DNA of 64,000 bases from Camelus dromedarius (Eukaryota): contig NC_087437.1 of the NCBI RefSeq assembly GCF_036321535.1, positions 10,852,001 to 10,916,000 of the forward strand. Direction: 5' to 3'. Made by a program: the position numbers and the translations under genes. The notes beneath the pieces are model-generated. The model searched no databases and had not been told where the DNA came from. It saw nothing but the letters and a program-made list of their open reading frames with translations. Of this stretch, positions 38,943 through 52,169 are shown piece after piece (the stretch's first letter is position 1; each line of letters begins with the position of its first letter).

Positions 38943-39557
38943 TATTTTCTTTAGTGAGACTTTGTCATCATACCTTACTTTAGTGCTTTAAGCATGGTTT
39001 CCTTTTGTTCTTTGAACATAATATTTGTAACAGCTGTTTTGGAGCCTTTGTCTGCTAGGTCCACTACCTGGTGTAACAATCCTGCAAAGTCTAGCTCCAG
39101 GCAGTGTCAGCCTCCAAGGTCCCTGCTCAGTCTTCTGCCACCATTTTTGGCCTGGCCACCTAGGAAGCGCTTCTGGGGTGCAGAAGCCAGTTATTGGTCA
39201 AAGTGGTGCTGGGGCCCCCAGAGCCCGTCAGGCCTTTACCCCGTACAGCGGTACATGTGTGTGGCGGGGAGGTCGCTGTCACAGTTCAGGGGGGTATCTT
39301 GGAGTCCTCTGACCGCTCCCTGGGGAGGAGGGCACAACCTCGGACAGCACACACTCTTTAACAGCCTGCCAGGGGCGACTGTGCTAATGTTTTTACGCCT
39401 AGCTCCCCAGAAGTTGCCCTGTGTCAGAGTGGCTTAGTTTTCAGTGTTTGGTCAGAGGTTGTGTTTAAGGCATTGAGTCAGTGGGGCCTGCCTGTGTTGC
39501 CGGGTCTGTTGGAGTGAGCGATGCTTTCAGCTCAGCACCAGAGCCTTCTCTGATTGC

Positions 39558-39705
39558 TGCCCCGCCCAGCTCTGCCCCCACCCCTGCCACTCTCCACCCC
39601 ACGCCACGCCCCCACCCCAACACGCCCCGCCCCCAGCACGCCACGCCCCCACACAACACCCCACGCCCCCCCCCAAGCCCCCAGCCCCGGCACGCCACGC
39701 CCCAG
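39558..39705. repeat. C-rich CpG-containing minisatellite (CACGCCACGCCCC-like units)
   Basis: Direct reading. Confidence 0.85.
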
Positions 39706-41879
39706 GGCTTAGAGCACACGCGCAGAGTCCATTGTGATTCCAGGAGGGCGTCCTTCGTAGCCTTTCTGCTTCTGTTAAACTTCTGGCTGCTCTGCCGCTT
39801 TTCTTGTCTCAGAGTTGCCAGCCTCTTAATTCCCTCCCAGCCCTCCATTGTTGCTGACAACACTCTTAGGCATGGAGTTCTTCACTCTGCTCCAAATAAA
39901 GGCAGCCCTCTCAGTAGAGCTCCGAGCTCTTTGTTCTTAGGCCTGCCTTCCCCGCTCCCTCCACCCCTTAGCTGAACCCCTGCACCACCGCACAGCGCTG
40001 GGGTCAGTGACCCACTTCTCCCAAAGTGATCAGCGCCCCCTCTTTACAAGTCTATGTGGGGGGTCGGGGCTGTGGCAGCTGGTCTTCTGGGCTCATCTTT
40101 TGCAGCATGGACCCTCCACTCTTATTTGCCCACCAGCTGGGCTGGGGTGAGGGGTGACAAGGACCCCAGTATTCTCATTTGGGTACAATTTCTACTGCAG
40201 GAGCAGGTGGGGCAGGTGGGGAAAGGGAGACTGGTGCTCTTGGCTGTACTGTACAGAAGAGACCTTCTGCAGCATGGGAGTGGGGGGCAAGAGCCTGCCC
40301 CTCCAAGGTGAAACCAAAGCCTCAGACTGGGAGCTGGGGCCATTCTTGGCCCACAGCAGAGGGCCCTGGGGAGCACTTCCCTCCTACAGAGCTGCAGGTG
40401 CAGGTAAGGGAGCTGGGTGTGGCTCCAATGCCATAGACCATCACTGTTCTTTCTAAGGTTTAATAGATTTTCTTGAATGACGTTGTCTCCATTTGCTATA
40501 TGCCCTTTGAACAATTTCCAGAGACTCTAATGATTGCTTTTTTTATAATTTCTCTCAGTTAAATTGTTGTTTTGCTGGAAGGATTCTGTTGAGCCCTTAC
40601 TCCACCATTCTAGAAGTCCTGCCCTATACTGACTCTGTTTTTACCTCTGTATTTCATTGGCTCGATGAGCCCTTGACCACTCCATTCGGGAGGACTGAGA
40701 ACTGAGAAGTCACTGAAGACTGAGAGGACCGGAAATAATGATTCGTGGTCAGCAACTGACAATAGCAATGCTCAGTGCAAACGCTGGTTGCTTCTTAAAG
40801 TTTCAAATGATGTCATTTATTTTCTCTTCCTCCCCGCAAAGTTATCACACAGAATGTTGGTAGCTCACTTCCATTTTATGCCACTAATATGCAACATACA
40901 GCATTTTCAGATTGGAAGGAGACATGAAGCAAATGAAGATATAAGTCCCAGAAGAACAGACCTTGCTATTTCGGTTTTCCAATTTTTGTCTGAAATAGGA
41001 AATGGTAGTCAAACAACAAATGATGTCTTTAAAATGGTATTTTTAAATTGAGTGCTGTTTCAGGATGGCACAAATTATTCATAACTCAGCAGGGTCATAG
41101 CAAGCTTTATATTCTCAGAGGAATGCATTTTCTTTCCCAAGAGAGAGGGCCCAGTAGACAAAGAGCTGAATTAAGATACTGTCTCATATCAGCAACAATT
41201 CTGAAGTTTTAGTTTGAGGAAGAATCCAATTTGAGTCTACAGGCACTCAAATATAACATTTTAAAATAGATAATTTTCTACTTAAACAGTTACCACGTTA
41301 AAAAAAAAAAACTGAATCCCATTTCATTTTCTTTGGGGAAAACCAAACCACCATATTTAATAAACTAAGCCCTACTTGTTCCACTGGGAAAGGAGTGCTT
41401 GGATCTGATAAGTTGTGAATTAATTTTTAAAAATATCAATATAACTCTAATGGTGTACTTTAATATACTTTCATTCACAGAGCTTCTAATTTTTTTATAC
41501 TTACATAAAAGTCTGGTATATAGCAGTGACTATGGTTTCTTGAAGATAATTTTAGCAATTTTGTCCATTTCCATGGCCATCTGCATCTCAGCCACAGGTG
41601 ACTGAGCAGCTGTTCCTTAATGCCTGGCAGCATTCTGTAAAACTTTCAGAACTAATAGTGTTGTGGAAAACCGTAGAATGCTAAGATTGTGACCCCTGGG
41701 GAACATGAGACATAGGAAAATTAAGAGATATTTTTTCCCCAAGGCCCAAGAGCAATAACTGGTAGAAATGAAACTAAAAACCCAATCTCCTCACTTCCTA
41801 AAAAAGCCTCTCCTCTGCCTTAAGTCAGGCACATTCTGTCCTGAAAAGATAAGGAGAATGCAAGACAAGAAACAGGGCA

Positions 41880-42105
41880 TCCCATAACAGTAGCATCATT
41901 TTGTGGCTTGTCAGTTTATAAGGTTTTCACATTCCTTTTCTAAATTTCATCTTGGCACAATCCTTTGAAGCAGGAGTAGTGGTCACTGTAGGAAGAGTGA
42001 CGAGAGTCTCACTGGGAAGATGAGGACACAGAGGCTCCGTTTGCTGATTTGATGAGCATCACACAGCCGGAGGGTAGGACCAGAGCATGAACCCAGGTCT
42101 CTCCA
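41880..42105 (+). mobile_element. MIR SINE
   Basis: GATGAGGACACAGAGGCTC...CACACAGC...CAGAGCATGAACCCAGGTCT. Confidence 0.55.
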
Positions 42106-42867
42106 TCCAAAGGAGTGTTTCATGCAGAGTGAAAGTCAATGGGATTTAACAGACACTGAGACCAAGGTGGTGCAGAAGCTATGAGGATGGACAAGACAAG
42201 GCCTTGCCCTCAGAGCAGGGCCCCCCAGCCCAGCCCCTCACACCCCTTCCCATCACACTGTGCTGACACCACTAAGGCCTGACTCAAAATTGACACCAAG
42301 ACCCTAACAGCCTTGTTTGAGGTCTGCCAATGTTCTGCCTTTGAGTAAGTTATTCAGTCTCCCTGTGCCTTGGTTTTCACCCTAAAAAAAAACAAAACAC
42401 CTCCCAGCCGCAGTGTGGTGCAGCAAAGACCAGCTGATTACATCATAAATGTGAAACTTCGAAGAGCAAGGGTGGTACTTCTAGTGACGCCCTTTCTTCC
42501 AAGCATCTCTGCACCAATGATGGTCTTATTCTCGCAGTTGGACCAAGACAGCAGTACATAGTGCATCTGGTCTCAACAAAAGTGCCCTGGTGTTCGTCTA
42601 TATAGCTTGCATCATCTATATGAGAAATAACCCTCTTATATAAATTATATCTACACATTACACCATGTATCTGAAGAACAAAGGCTTGGAGAGCAAGAGA
42701 AGACATGACTATGAGAAATCTCACATGCAGCTTTTACTCTGCAGTTCAGTTCCCCTCTCTTCTATATGAAGGAAATCATTTCATTCCCTGACCTTGAACT
42801 GAGCACAGTGATTGAAATATGGGTAAAATAATAGAAAGAACAGGGGAGGGTTGTCACCGGGAAGGGA

Positions 42868-43289
42868 TGTTTCAGTATTGCCGCGTAAAGAACCACCCTC
42901 AAAACTTAATGGCTAGAATCATCGATGCTTTATTATTTCTCACTAACCTGTGCTCTCACCTGGGGTCATCTGTGTGACCAAAATCCACTGCTGGCGAGGC
43001 TGGAGCTGCTGGTGGGGGCATCTTTGTTCTCCATGTGGCTCACTTGAGCTTCGGCACAGCATGGTGGCCTCAGGGTTCTAAGAGGGCAAAAGTGGAAGCT
43101 GGCGGGTCTCTTAAGTGATAAATTGTCAGGGCATCACCCCCACTGCATTCTATTGGGCAAAGCAAGTCACCAGAGTCAACTCACGTTCAAGAGGAGGGCA
43201 AGTAGGACACATCTCTTGGTGGGAGAAGTGATGGGCTCATTCAGAAATGGTGGGATTACTGGTGGCCGTCTTTGGAGGAACCTACCACA
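42868..43289 (-). mobile_element. MaLR MLT1 LTR
   Basis: TGTTTCAGTATTGCCGCGTAAAGAACCACCCTCAAAACTTAATGGC...CATTCTATTGGGCAAAGCAAGTCAC...CCTACCACA. Confidence 0.85.
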
Positions 43290-43568
43290 GAGGGTGTTAT
43301 GAAAGTGGAGCCTCATGACTTCTATTTGTAAATCCCAGACCTGCAGAGAAGGTGGATGAGGTGGAAGTGGAAGAAGCTGTGGATTTGTGTGAGGGTTCGA
43401 GACAGTTCTGAGGAAATCTGTTCAGTAGTTCAAGTTTAGTGAGGGAATGATCTGGTCTTAGGTCTTCTGGACACATTCTTCTCTGGAAATTCAGCAGTAC
43501 CGTGTGACCATGTTCCCACTCCCCTCGGCTTTGGGGAGGAATAAGGCACGGCTAAATGAGATAGGAGT

Positions 43569-44729
43569 ATCATGGACTGAATTATGTCCCCCTTGAAATT
43601 CATACATTCAAGTCCTGACCCCCAGTACCCCAGAATACGTCAGAATGGCTACCATCAGAAAGTTTACAAATAACAAATGTTGGTGTGAGAATGTGGAGAA
43701 AAGGGAATTCTTGTGCATTGTTGGGAGTGTAAATTGGTGCAGCCACTGTGGAGAACAGTATGGAGGTTCTCAAAAAACTAAAAACAGAGCTACCATGTGA
43801 TCCAGCAATCCCACTCCTGGGTATATATCAAAGAAAACAGAAACACTGTTTTGGAAACATATGTGCACCTCAATGTTCACAGCTGCATTGTTTACAATAG
43901 CCAAGATACGGAAGCAGGCTAGGAGTCCATTAAGAGATGACTGGATAAAGAAGATGTGAGATACACACACACACTGGAATATTACTCAGCTACGAAAAGA
44001 ATGAAATTCTGCTGTTTGCAATAACATGGATGTAGCTGGAGGGTCCATGCTTAGTGAAATAGGCCAGACAGAGAAAGACAAATACTGTATGATATTGCTT
44101 ACATGTGGAATCCAAAAAATAAAACAAACTAGTGACTACAACAAAAAAGAAACAGACTCACAGATATAGAGAACAAACTAGTGGTTGCCAGTGAGGGGAG
44201 GGGCAAGATAGGGGTAGAGGATTAAGAGATACAAACTACTATGTATAAAATAAATAAGCTACAAAGATATATTGTACACACAGGGAAATATAGCCATTAT
44301 TCTGTAATAACTTTAAAGGGAGTACAATCTATAAAAATATTGAACCACTATGTTATACACCTGAAACTAATATAATATTGTAAATCAGCTATATTTCAAT
44401 TAAATTTCCTAGTCCAGGGGGAGAGATAAATGTAACTCATCATCATCATGATCATCGTGAATTAATTAAGGTGAGGCCACTCAGGTGGGCCCTAATCTAA
44501 TCTAAATGGTGTCCTTATAAGAAGAGGGTGAAGACACACAGTGACAGTGGGTTGTCCCTGCACAGAGGGTTGACCACATGAAGAGGCAGCAGGAGGGTGG
44601 CTGTCTGTTAGCCAAGGAGAAAAACCTCATGGACTTCCAGCTTCCAAAACTCTGGGAAGATGCATTTCTGTTGTTTAAGCCACAGGGCATGTGGTACTTT
44701 GTCAGGGCAGCCCAAGCAAAGGAATATAA
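43569..44729 (+). mobile_element. MLT1B-like LTR split by an L1 ORF2-end/3'UTR (43638-44404)
   Basis: ATGGACTGAATTATGTCCCC...CCCCAGTACCCCAGAA | L1 (GTCAGAATGGCTACCATC...TATTTCAATTAAA) | GGTGGGCCCTAATC...TTGTTTAAGCCAC. Confidence 0.85.
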
Positions 44730-46879
44730 AGGGGGAAGCCTGAGCCCGAGGGAACCAGTGAAACCGGAACCTGTGGGGTGATGTGATGACCTCCCACCCA
44801 GAAGCCCTGCTGGAGGCGCCAGGGCGGGTGTGGACGTGTTGATAGGTCCCGGGTTCTGAGAACCAGAACACAGACAGGAGACTCAGCCCAGCCTTGTGGA
44901 ACCCACCCTGTTCTTACAGAGAATCTTCAATCGTTGCCAACCTTGAAAATCAGGAGATTTTACTCTTTAAAAGAGTTAGGATTTCCAGCTTCTCTTGGAA
45001 AATCAGTAGCGTTTTCTCCATCTGAATCCCTGTTCTGGGCACACCAGTTCTGTGGATAACAGGTGGGAAAAGAGCTCAACACGTTCTTCCAGATTACAGC
45101 CCTGTGGAATCTGGGGACTGGAAGTCTTTATGGTAATTTATGTCTTGTCATTATTGTAAAAAGCCTGTGATTCACCTGCTCAGCTCTGTTCATTGTGATT
45201 TATGATGGAGGAAGTTACATAATTGCTGTATCCAGAAGAGGTGGAAGCTTCCAGTATCCCAGGTAGGGCTTTAAAAGAGTTTCTGTGATCTTAGACTGAG
45301 ATTTTATAGGTGTTTCTATTTCCGGAAGACATTGGAAGTAGCTTTAAGGGTGCATGTGTGTTCAAATTGCTTCTCACTTGACGTTCTTAGATTCGCATTG
45401 GCAGCTTGTAAATTCCCGCTTCGGTGTAATGAAAACTCTCGTTATAATTTGCATATCAAGTGGGAGGGCCCGTTACTCTAGCTGGGGGAAGTTGATTGAA
45501 TTTCTAGGCTTTTGAGAAACTCATAATGCTCCTGGTTGCTAATGTTCTTTACATATAATGCCTGAGACAGAATGAACAACAGTTACTACTCAGATAGGAG
45601 TTGCCTTTCTTTCTTCCAAGGCACTCTGTGGATTTTAAAGAGGATTCCCCCTGTCCCTGGGTTAAATCAGGCACTCAGAGAGGCTGCAATCTCCCTTCCC
45701 TGGGCACTGGGTGCTTGATCTCTACCTGGGACAGCTGATTCTAGGAGAGAGGTGCCTGGCTGATCACACCTGAACCTCACGTGCGTGAAGGCACAGCCTC
45801 CTGACCAGGGTGCAGAGAACTCCCCAGGGTCTTTGTCCCCTGTTGCCTTATGCCACCTCCACAGACACCCCACTTCACCCCTCTTTGGTTGTTTCAAGGG
45901 GAAACACTTTTCCACCTCCTTTGGTTCAACCTTTCCTGTAGGAAGCCTCAGACTGCAGTGCAGGTCCCAGCCAGTCCCAGTCAGGGTGATGGGGAGTCCG
46001 TGACCCAGCACTGCTGGTGGGAGTGAGGCTCACCAGTGATGGCCCCAGAGAAGAGGCAGCAGAGCCTTCCGTGATGCTCCTGCAGCGGGAGAGTGTGGGG
46101 TGGGTTTCCAGGGCCACCATGATGGCTTAACCCAAGTAGGGCTTGAACCTGGTGGGCATCTGTTGGCATCAGGTCTGGTGTCACTACTATACTGCGGGTA
46201 CGCCTGGGTGGTGGAGAGCTGTTGCATCCGCTGTGGCCACCGCATCCGCAGTCAGCAGGAGGGTAGTGGGGGGCAGCGTCTCCATCACAAACGCACAGAT
46301 TTTCTCAGCAGGCTGGCAGCCACCTCCTTCTGCATCTCATGGAGCAGAGCTGCGGCAGTGGCCACCCTGCTGGGGGGCTTAGAAAGGAGTCGAGTCAGCC
46401 ATCAATCACTTGTGCGCCTGCCACAGAGGCCTCACAATGGGCCCTAAGTGTGCCCCCTGCTGCTGGCACTGCAGCTCCGCACAGACTCTGGGTGGGGCAG
46501 TTCAGCCTGGACCCCCGCTGTGCTCCCAGCAGGACCTACAGGGTGCTTCTGGGAAGACACATCTCAGTGACTGAGGTGGCCTGGACGGCTTTCTAATAGC
46601 TCAGCCTGGTGAACCTTCCCATACAAATGATGCAGTTTGTTGAATCCTCCCCAGAAAAGTACTTAAATTCTCTTTGGAGGCTGAACTCTAACTGGAAGGG
46701 AAGTGACTTTGGTTGCTCACCTGGAGACCAGGACACTCTGTGTCCTCTTGTCCACCCATCCCTGTGACCTTGTGCATGAAAGAGAGGTGGTCCAGGCATC
46801 GGGACTTCCCTGTTCTCCCCCTTGTGTGGCAGCCAGAGTGTTGGGGAAGAGGATGCCAGATCCAGTGGGGGGATCCTGA

Positions 46880-47290
46880 AGAATCTAAGTGAAACAGAGT
46901 GATCTCACCCCCTTGGTGGTGATTGGTTCAGAAATGGGCTTATGACCAGTCTGGCTCCATGAGATTCAGGGGAAGATTGCTGGGAGCTTCTGAAATTTCT
47001 GTTTTCCTTCAGAGAGAAAGCCATTGGAAAAGCTGGTTCCTATCTTCAGCAAGATGTGAACAAGAAAACCGGGAGCCTTGATTGCGCTGGCTGTCATCCT
47101 GGGAGCCAAGGAGAACCCCACTGGAATGAAGTCAGCACTGTGGACAGCAGCAGAGAGTCAGAAAGAACCTGGGTCCTTGAGGGCATCCCCGAAGGGCTCA
47201 CCATCTACTGACTCCCGGTGGCTGAGCCCATTAACCTTCTTATGGTTGAAGTCTGTGTGGTTGGATTTTTCTGTTACACTGAAAGCACCC
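46880..47290 (+). mobile_element. MaLR MLT1J-like LTR followed by MIR (47300-47430)
   Basis: GGTGATTGGTTCAGAAATGGGC...GAGTCAGAAAGAACCTGGGTCCTTGA...TTGGATTTTTCTGTTAC. Confidence 0.7.
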
Positions 47291-48519
47291 TACCTGCTCC
47301 AGGTGGTGTGCCCATTATAGAGACGAGGAAGCCAATGTCCACAGGGATGAAGTAACTTGCCTGAGGTTGCACAGCTGGTACAGCAGAGCTGGGCTTGGAA
47401 CCAAGGTCTGACTCTTGGCTCCACACCCTGCGATTAATCTGTCTTTTCATTGGGATAGCTGAATCACATATTTCAAAAGTCCTAAGAATGGCTCAGACAT
47501 GCTGAACTTACTCAGAAACTTGTCTTTGACTCTCCATGCCTCCTTCATGAGTTCAGAGCTGGGCCATTTCCTGTGGAAAGGGGTTCTCAAGAAGATCAGT
47601 AGATTTACACAAATCACACTCATGCCAAACCAGGCAGATTTATTGCTGGTTTTCAGGGAGACGTCGGTACTCCTCCCCCACTGCTCCTCGTTTTATAAAA
47701 CAGGCAGTAATAATGACAGAGCATAAAAGAAATATATGCTGGGTAGGGGCTCCCAGTGGGTGGGGAGCCGGTGCTGAACCTTAGTGAATTTTCATACTGT
47801 GGATAAAAGGATTGTGAATGCAGCAGTGTAACCAACAAAAGTCTAAGACCTGTTTCTGGAACATCTCAGACCTGGACGGAATTGAGAGGCAGCTGGCCTA
47901 GCCTCCCCATCGCTGTGGCAGGAACCCTTCCAGAATCAGTGTTCCCTCAGGAACACTCCAGGCGAGGACAGCGGTCTTCACCTTCCTGGTCAGGAAGCTT
48001 CTGATATTGTGCTGACTCCACACTTAGGTTGTGTTATAAGCAACATCACTGTTCTTCAGAACATAATGGAGACCAGCTGGTTAAAGACAACTGGTGACAA
48101 ATCATTGGTCACTGTGTCCTACTCCCAGGAAGATGTTATGATGAAGATGCCCTCAACAGAGTGGCCAAGCCCATTATCCCTTCACCCCCAAATCACTTTA
48201 GAGAGAAATGGAATTTACTCCCAGGTAACTTCAGATAGAGATGGAAATACACAGCCTGTCCATGAATGTGATGTAAGCAAGAGGTCACTTCAAGGTTTTG
48301 TTTGGTGAGAAGGTGACCTCTGAGAGGGAGAGACAGCTTTGTTTTTAATGTCTGTTTGTTGTTTTCAAAAGCACAGATTTGTCTGGTTTTAAGAGTTAAA
48401 TAGCCCTACAAAACCAGCCATGAAATTAGCAGTTCCTACCAGACTCTCCCTGTTTCTAAGGACACTCTCCAGAAGCAGCCACTTTCAAATCTTCTAGCTA
48501 TTTCTCCTGGAGTTTTGTC

Positions 48520-49350
48520 TTTTTTTAAAATATGTATTTTTATTGAAGTATAGTCAGTTTACAATGTTGTGTCAATTTCTGGTGTACAGCACCATATTTC
48601 AGTCATATAGGAACACATATATATTGGTTTTCATATTCTTTTTCACCATAGGTTATTACAAGATATTGAATATAGTTCCCTGTGCTATACAGTATAAACT
48701 TGTTTATCTGGTGTATATATATTAGTTAGTATCTACAAATCTCAAAATCCCAATTTATCCCTCCCATCCCCTTTCCCCCCGGTAACCAAAAGTTTGTTCT
48801 CTATGTCTGTGAGCCTGTTTCTGCTTTGTAAGTAAGTTTGTTTGCCTTTTTTTTTTTTTTTTTTTTAGATTCAGCATGTAAGTGATATCATATGGTATTT
48901 TTCTTTCTCTTTCTGGCTCACTCCACTTAATATGATAATCTCTAGGTCTATCCATATTGCTGCAAATGGCATTATTTTATTATCTTTTATGGCTGAGTAG
49001 TATTCCATTGTATAAATAGACCACAGCTTCTTTATCCAGTCATCTGCTGATGGACATTTAGGCTGTTTCCATGTCTTGGCTGTTGTATATAGTGCTGCTT
49101 TGAACATTGGGGTGCAGGTGTCTTTTCAAATTAGAGTTTCTTCCAGATATATACCCAGGAGTGGGATTGCTGGATCGTATATAAGTCTATTTTTAGTCTT
49201 TTGAGGAATCTCCATACTGTTTCCATAATGCTTGCAGCAAACTGCATTCCCACCAACAGTGTAGAAGGGTTCCCTTTTCCTCCTACCCTCTCCAGCATTT
49301 GTCATTTGTGGACTTCTGAATGACAACCATTCTGACTAGTGTGAGGTGTT
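48520..49350 (-). mobile_element. Young L1: ORF2 C-terminus and 3'UTR
   Basis: ORFs give MFKAALYTTAKTWKQPKCPSADDWIKKLWSIYTMEYYSAIK and YDPAIPLLGIY (L1 ORF2 C-terminus). Confidence 0.92.
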
Positions 49351-50423
49351 TCTATTTATATGTCTCATCATGTCTTGATACTGTTATTTCTTGATTTTTC
49401 TATTTTCGGCATCACCTGTTGCCTTCCTTTTGCAGGAAATGAAGAATAAGGCTGCTCACAGCTCGCCCTGCCTCCACCACCACTTACCCTCAGCCCCTCC
49501 CTCTCTCGTCTCCCCAAAAGAGTTACATCACAAGTTTTGGTTGAGTCAACATTTAACACTTACATTTTTATGACGCCGTCCATCTTGTTCCCGGCTGAGC
49601 CATGCAATGAAATCAGGAAAGGAGAAGGAGGCATAACTTGTCCCTGTTTACAGACGAAGAACCTGGGCACAGAGACGCTGAGTAACTTGCTAGCAAATGT
49701 AAGAGACATGACTTGACCTCACTGGCAGAGAGGACCTGAGTGCAATGCGGGCTACCGGAGGGCTCTCTGGAGTGTTCCAGACAGTAACCCAGGCTGTGGG
49801 AAAGGACAGCTGGGTGGGGGCTACCCGTCCTGGGTTTGCACAGGTTGGGGCCACACCAGCTCTGGGGTTTCCTTCCTGAAGAGAGTGGGGGTATGGAGAT
49901 TTTGTGCAGAGGCTGAGTAAAGAGAAGAAATGAAGGGTGAACCTAAGGCAGCAGGCCAAGGCCATAAACTCCCTTCCACCCGTGGCGGGGGGGGGGCCCT
50001 CTCTGAAGAACTAGATTTTTTTTCCTTTTCCCTTGGGTTCTGGGACCAGTCCTATGAAGTATCCTGTTTAAATGCTGTTCTCCTTTGAGGCAGTTCTCTC
50101 CAGTTATTCATGGCCCTGCAGGGATTCACAAACCACACTGTGAGCTGACGTTTCAGGGTGAGCAACGGGCAAATGGCAGGGGAAGCCCTTCATGTGAGTT
50201 TCCTCCGGAGTGTTCTCTGAGCTGCTGGTCCAGTCCGATACCACCCCCCCCCCCCCCGCCGGTGGCCCCTTTTGCTTGTGGCGAGGGGGCCCCCAGAGGG
50301 AGTCGGGTGGGTCTCAGGAGCACTGGGGGTGCCATGCCTGCAGGAAGGGGAAGGGGAGGGGATGCCTGTCCGCCCTCAACTCAGATAAAACAGTCAAGCA
50401 GGTTTTGTTTTTAAAATAAATGT

Positions 50424-50733
50424 CAAATGAATTCATTTACAAACAGAAACAGACTCGAAGACATAGAAAACAAACTTATGGTTACCAAAGAGGAATGGGG
50501 CAGAGAGGGATAAATTAGGAGTTTGGGATTAACATATATACACTACTATATATGAAACAGATAAACAACAAGGCCCTAGTGTGTAACACAGGGAAGTATG
50601 TTCAATATCTTGTAATAAACTACAATGGAAAAGAATCTAAAAAAGAAGACATATAGATGTATAACTGAATCATTTTGCTATATGCCAGAAACTAACATAA
50701 CATTGTAATCAACTATAGTTCAATAAAAAAAAT
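50424..50733 (+). mobile_element. L1 3'UTR
   Basis: Exact TSD AAAATAAATGT (50413-50423 / 50734-50744). Confidence 0.88.
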
Positions 50734-50795
50734 AAAATAAATGTTGCTATTCTTCAAAGAATTTAGAATTCAAATTCAAATGTAAATTCCTCTAA

Positions 50796-51389
50796 AAATA
50801 TATTCAAAAAGGCACATGCACCCCACTGTTCACAGCAGCACTATTTACAATAGCCCAGACATGGAAACAACCTAAATGTCCATTGACACATGACTAGATA
50901 AAGAAGCTGTGGTATATTTATACAATGGAATGCTACTTAGCCAGAAAAATGAATAAAATGCCATTTGCAGCAACATGGATGGACCTGGGGATTGTCATTC
51001 TAATTGAAGTAAGTCAGAGAGAGAAAGAAAAATACCATATGATATTACTTATATGTGGAATCTAAAAAGAAAAAAGAGATTAAAAAGGACACCATGAACT
51101 CATCTACAAAACAGAAACAGACCCAGAGACGTAGAGAATGAACTTATGGTTACCGATGGGTGAAGGGAGTGGGAAGGGATAAATTGGGAGCTCAAAATTT
51201 GCATCTCTTGGGGAGTGATGGAAATGTTACCTATCTTGATTGTGGTGGTGGTTTCATGGGTGTCTACATCTATCAAAATTCATCAGATTGTGAAATATGT
51301 GTAGTTTATTGTACAGGAACCATACCACAATAAAGGTGTTAAAAAAACGAATAGCTTTATAGCTTTTAAGAAATAAAAAAAACAAAAAG
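50796..51389 (+). mobile_element. Chimeric L1 insertion (young L1 body plus ancient L1-type 3' end)
   Basis: TSD CAAATGTAAATTCCTCTAA / CAAACTTAAATTCCTCTAA; family switch at ~51203. Confidence 0.75.
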
Positions 51390-52169
51390 CAAACTTAAAT
51401 TCCTCTAATGTCTACCAAATACGGTAGAATCAATCTTTAAGACGTCCTCACTTATTAAATCTCCCCATATATGTTTGCTTAATAGGATGCAGTCTCTGAG
51501 TCTAACATTTTTATTTCTGCCCTAAGAAATTCTCCTTCTTGTTACCAAGTTTTTGGTTTGTAGTCCCCTGATGGGGAAAGAGAAACCTCTAGCAATTTAA
51601 CGAAAAATTCTAATCCAGGGATTATTTTTTCAAGATCTATAGAAAGGCGTGGGACCCAGGAAAAAACCTTACTGCTGTTTTTTTTCCCCTTTTCTATTAA
51701 TGTAAATGTTCAGATGATCTAAAAAAACAAAAACCCCCCAAAACAAGCACCTGAGCGTCCTTTTACATTTTCAAACGTTCAGCGTCAGTTTCTAATCCGC
51801 AAACGCCCTCGGCCTCTGAAACTCTCACGGCCGCTTTCCTGAGCAGCCTCCTTCGAGCGGTTCCCTTTTAGCTGCCTTCCTCTGTAGGTCTGTCAACTTG
51901 TGAAGATTCAGTTATGCAAAGGAGGCTACGAGTGCTGTCTTCAAAGGAGGGGAAAGCCAGAAGTGGATGTGAAAAAAGCTGTTTGGGCCACTGGGGATGT
52001 TTCTTGAGAAAGCTGGCCTTCCTCTTGTCCTCATGAGTCATGAACAGACCTCCACCTGGTCGTGATCTGTCAGATTTAGAGCTTGGGCCCTTGGCAATTG
52101 ATTGAGCTCCACCAGAACTCAGCCAGCTGCACAAGTGACCAAAAAATCCACTTTAGATGCAGCTTCGGT

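Larger units (their letters stand above)
37445..40620 (-). mobile_element. Fragmented old L1 (3' end, ORF2 pieces, 5'UTR-like region)
   Basis: TTATTGAGATATAATT...; TTTGTTGAAAAGACT...TTCCATATGAATTTTAGGATCAGC; ends with TACTCCACCATTCTAGAAGTC, resembling an L1 5' end on the minus strand. Confidence 0.7.

Noticed and set aside
39465..39975. Pro-rich 164-aa and Gly-rich 132-aa ORFs
   Set aside because: Products of the C-rich minisatellite within an L1 remnant.
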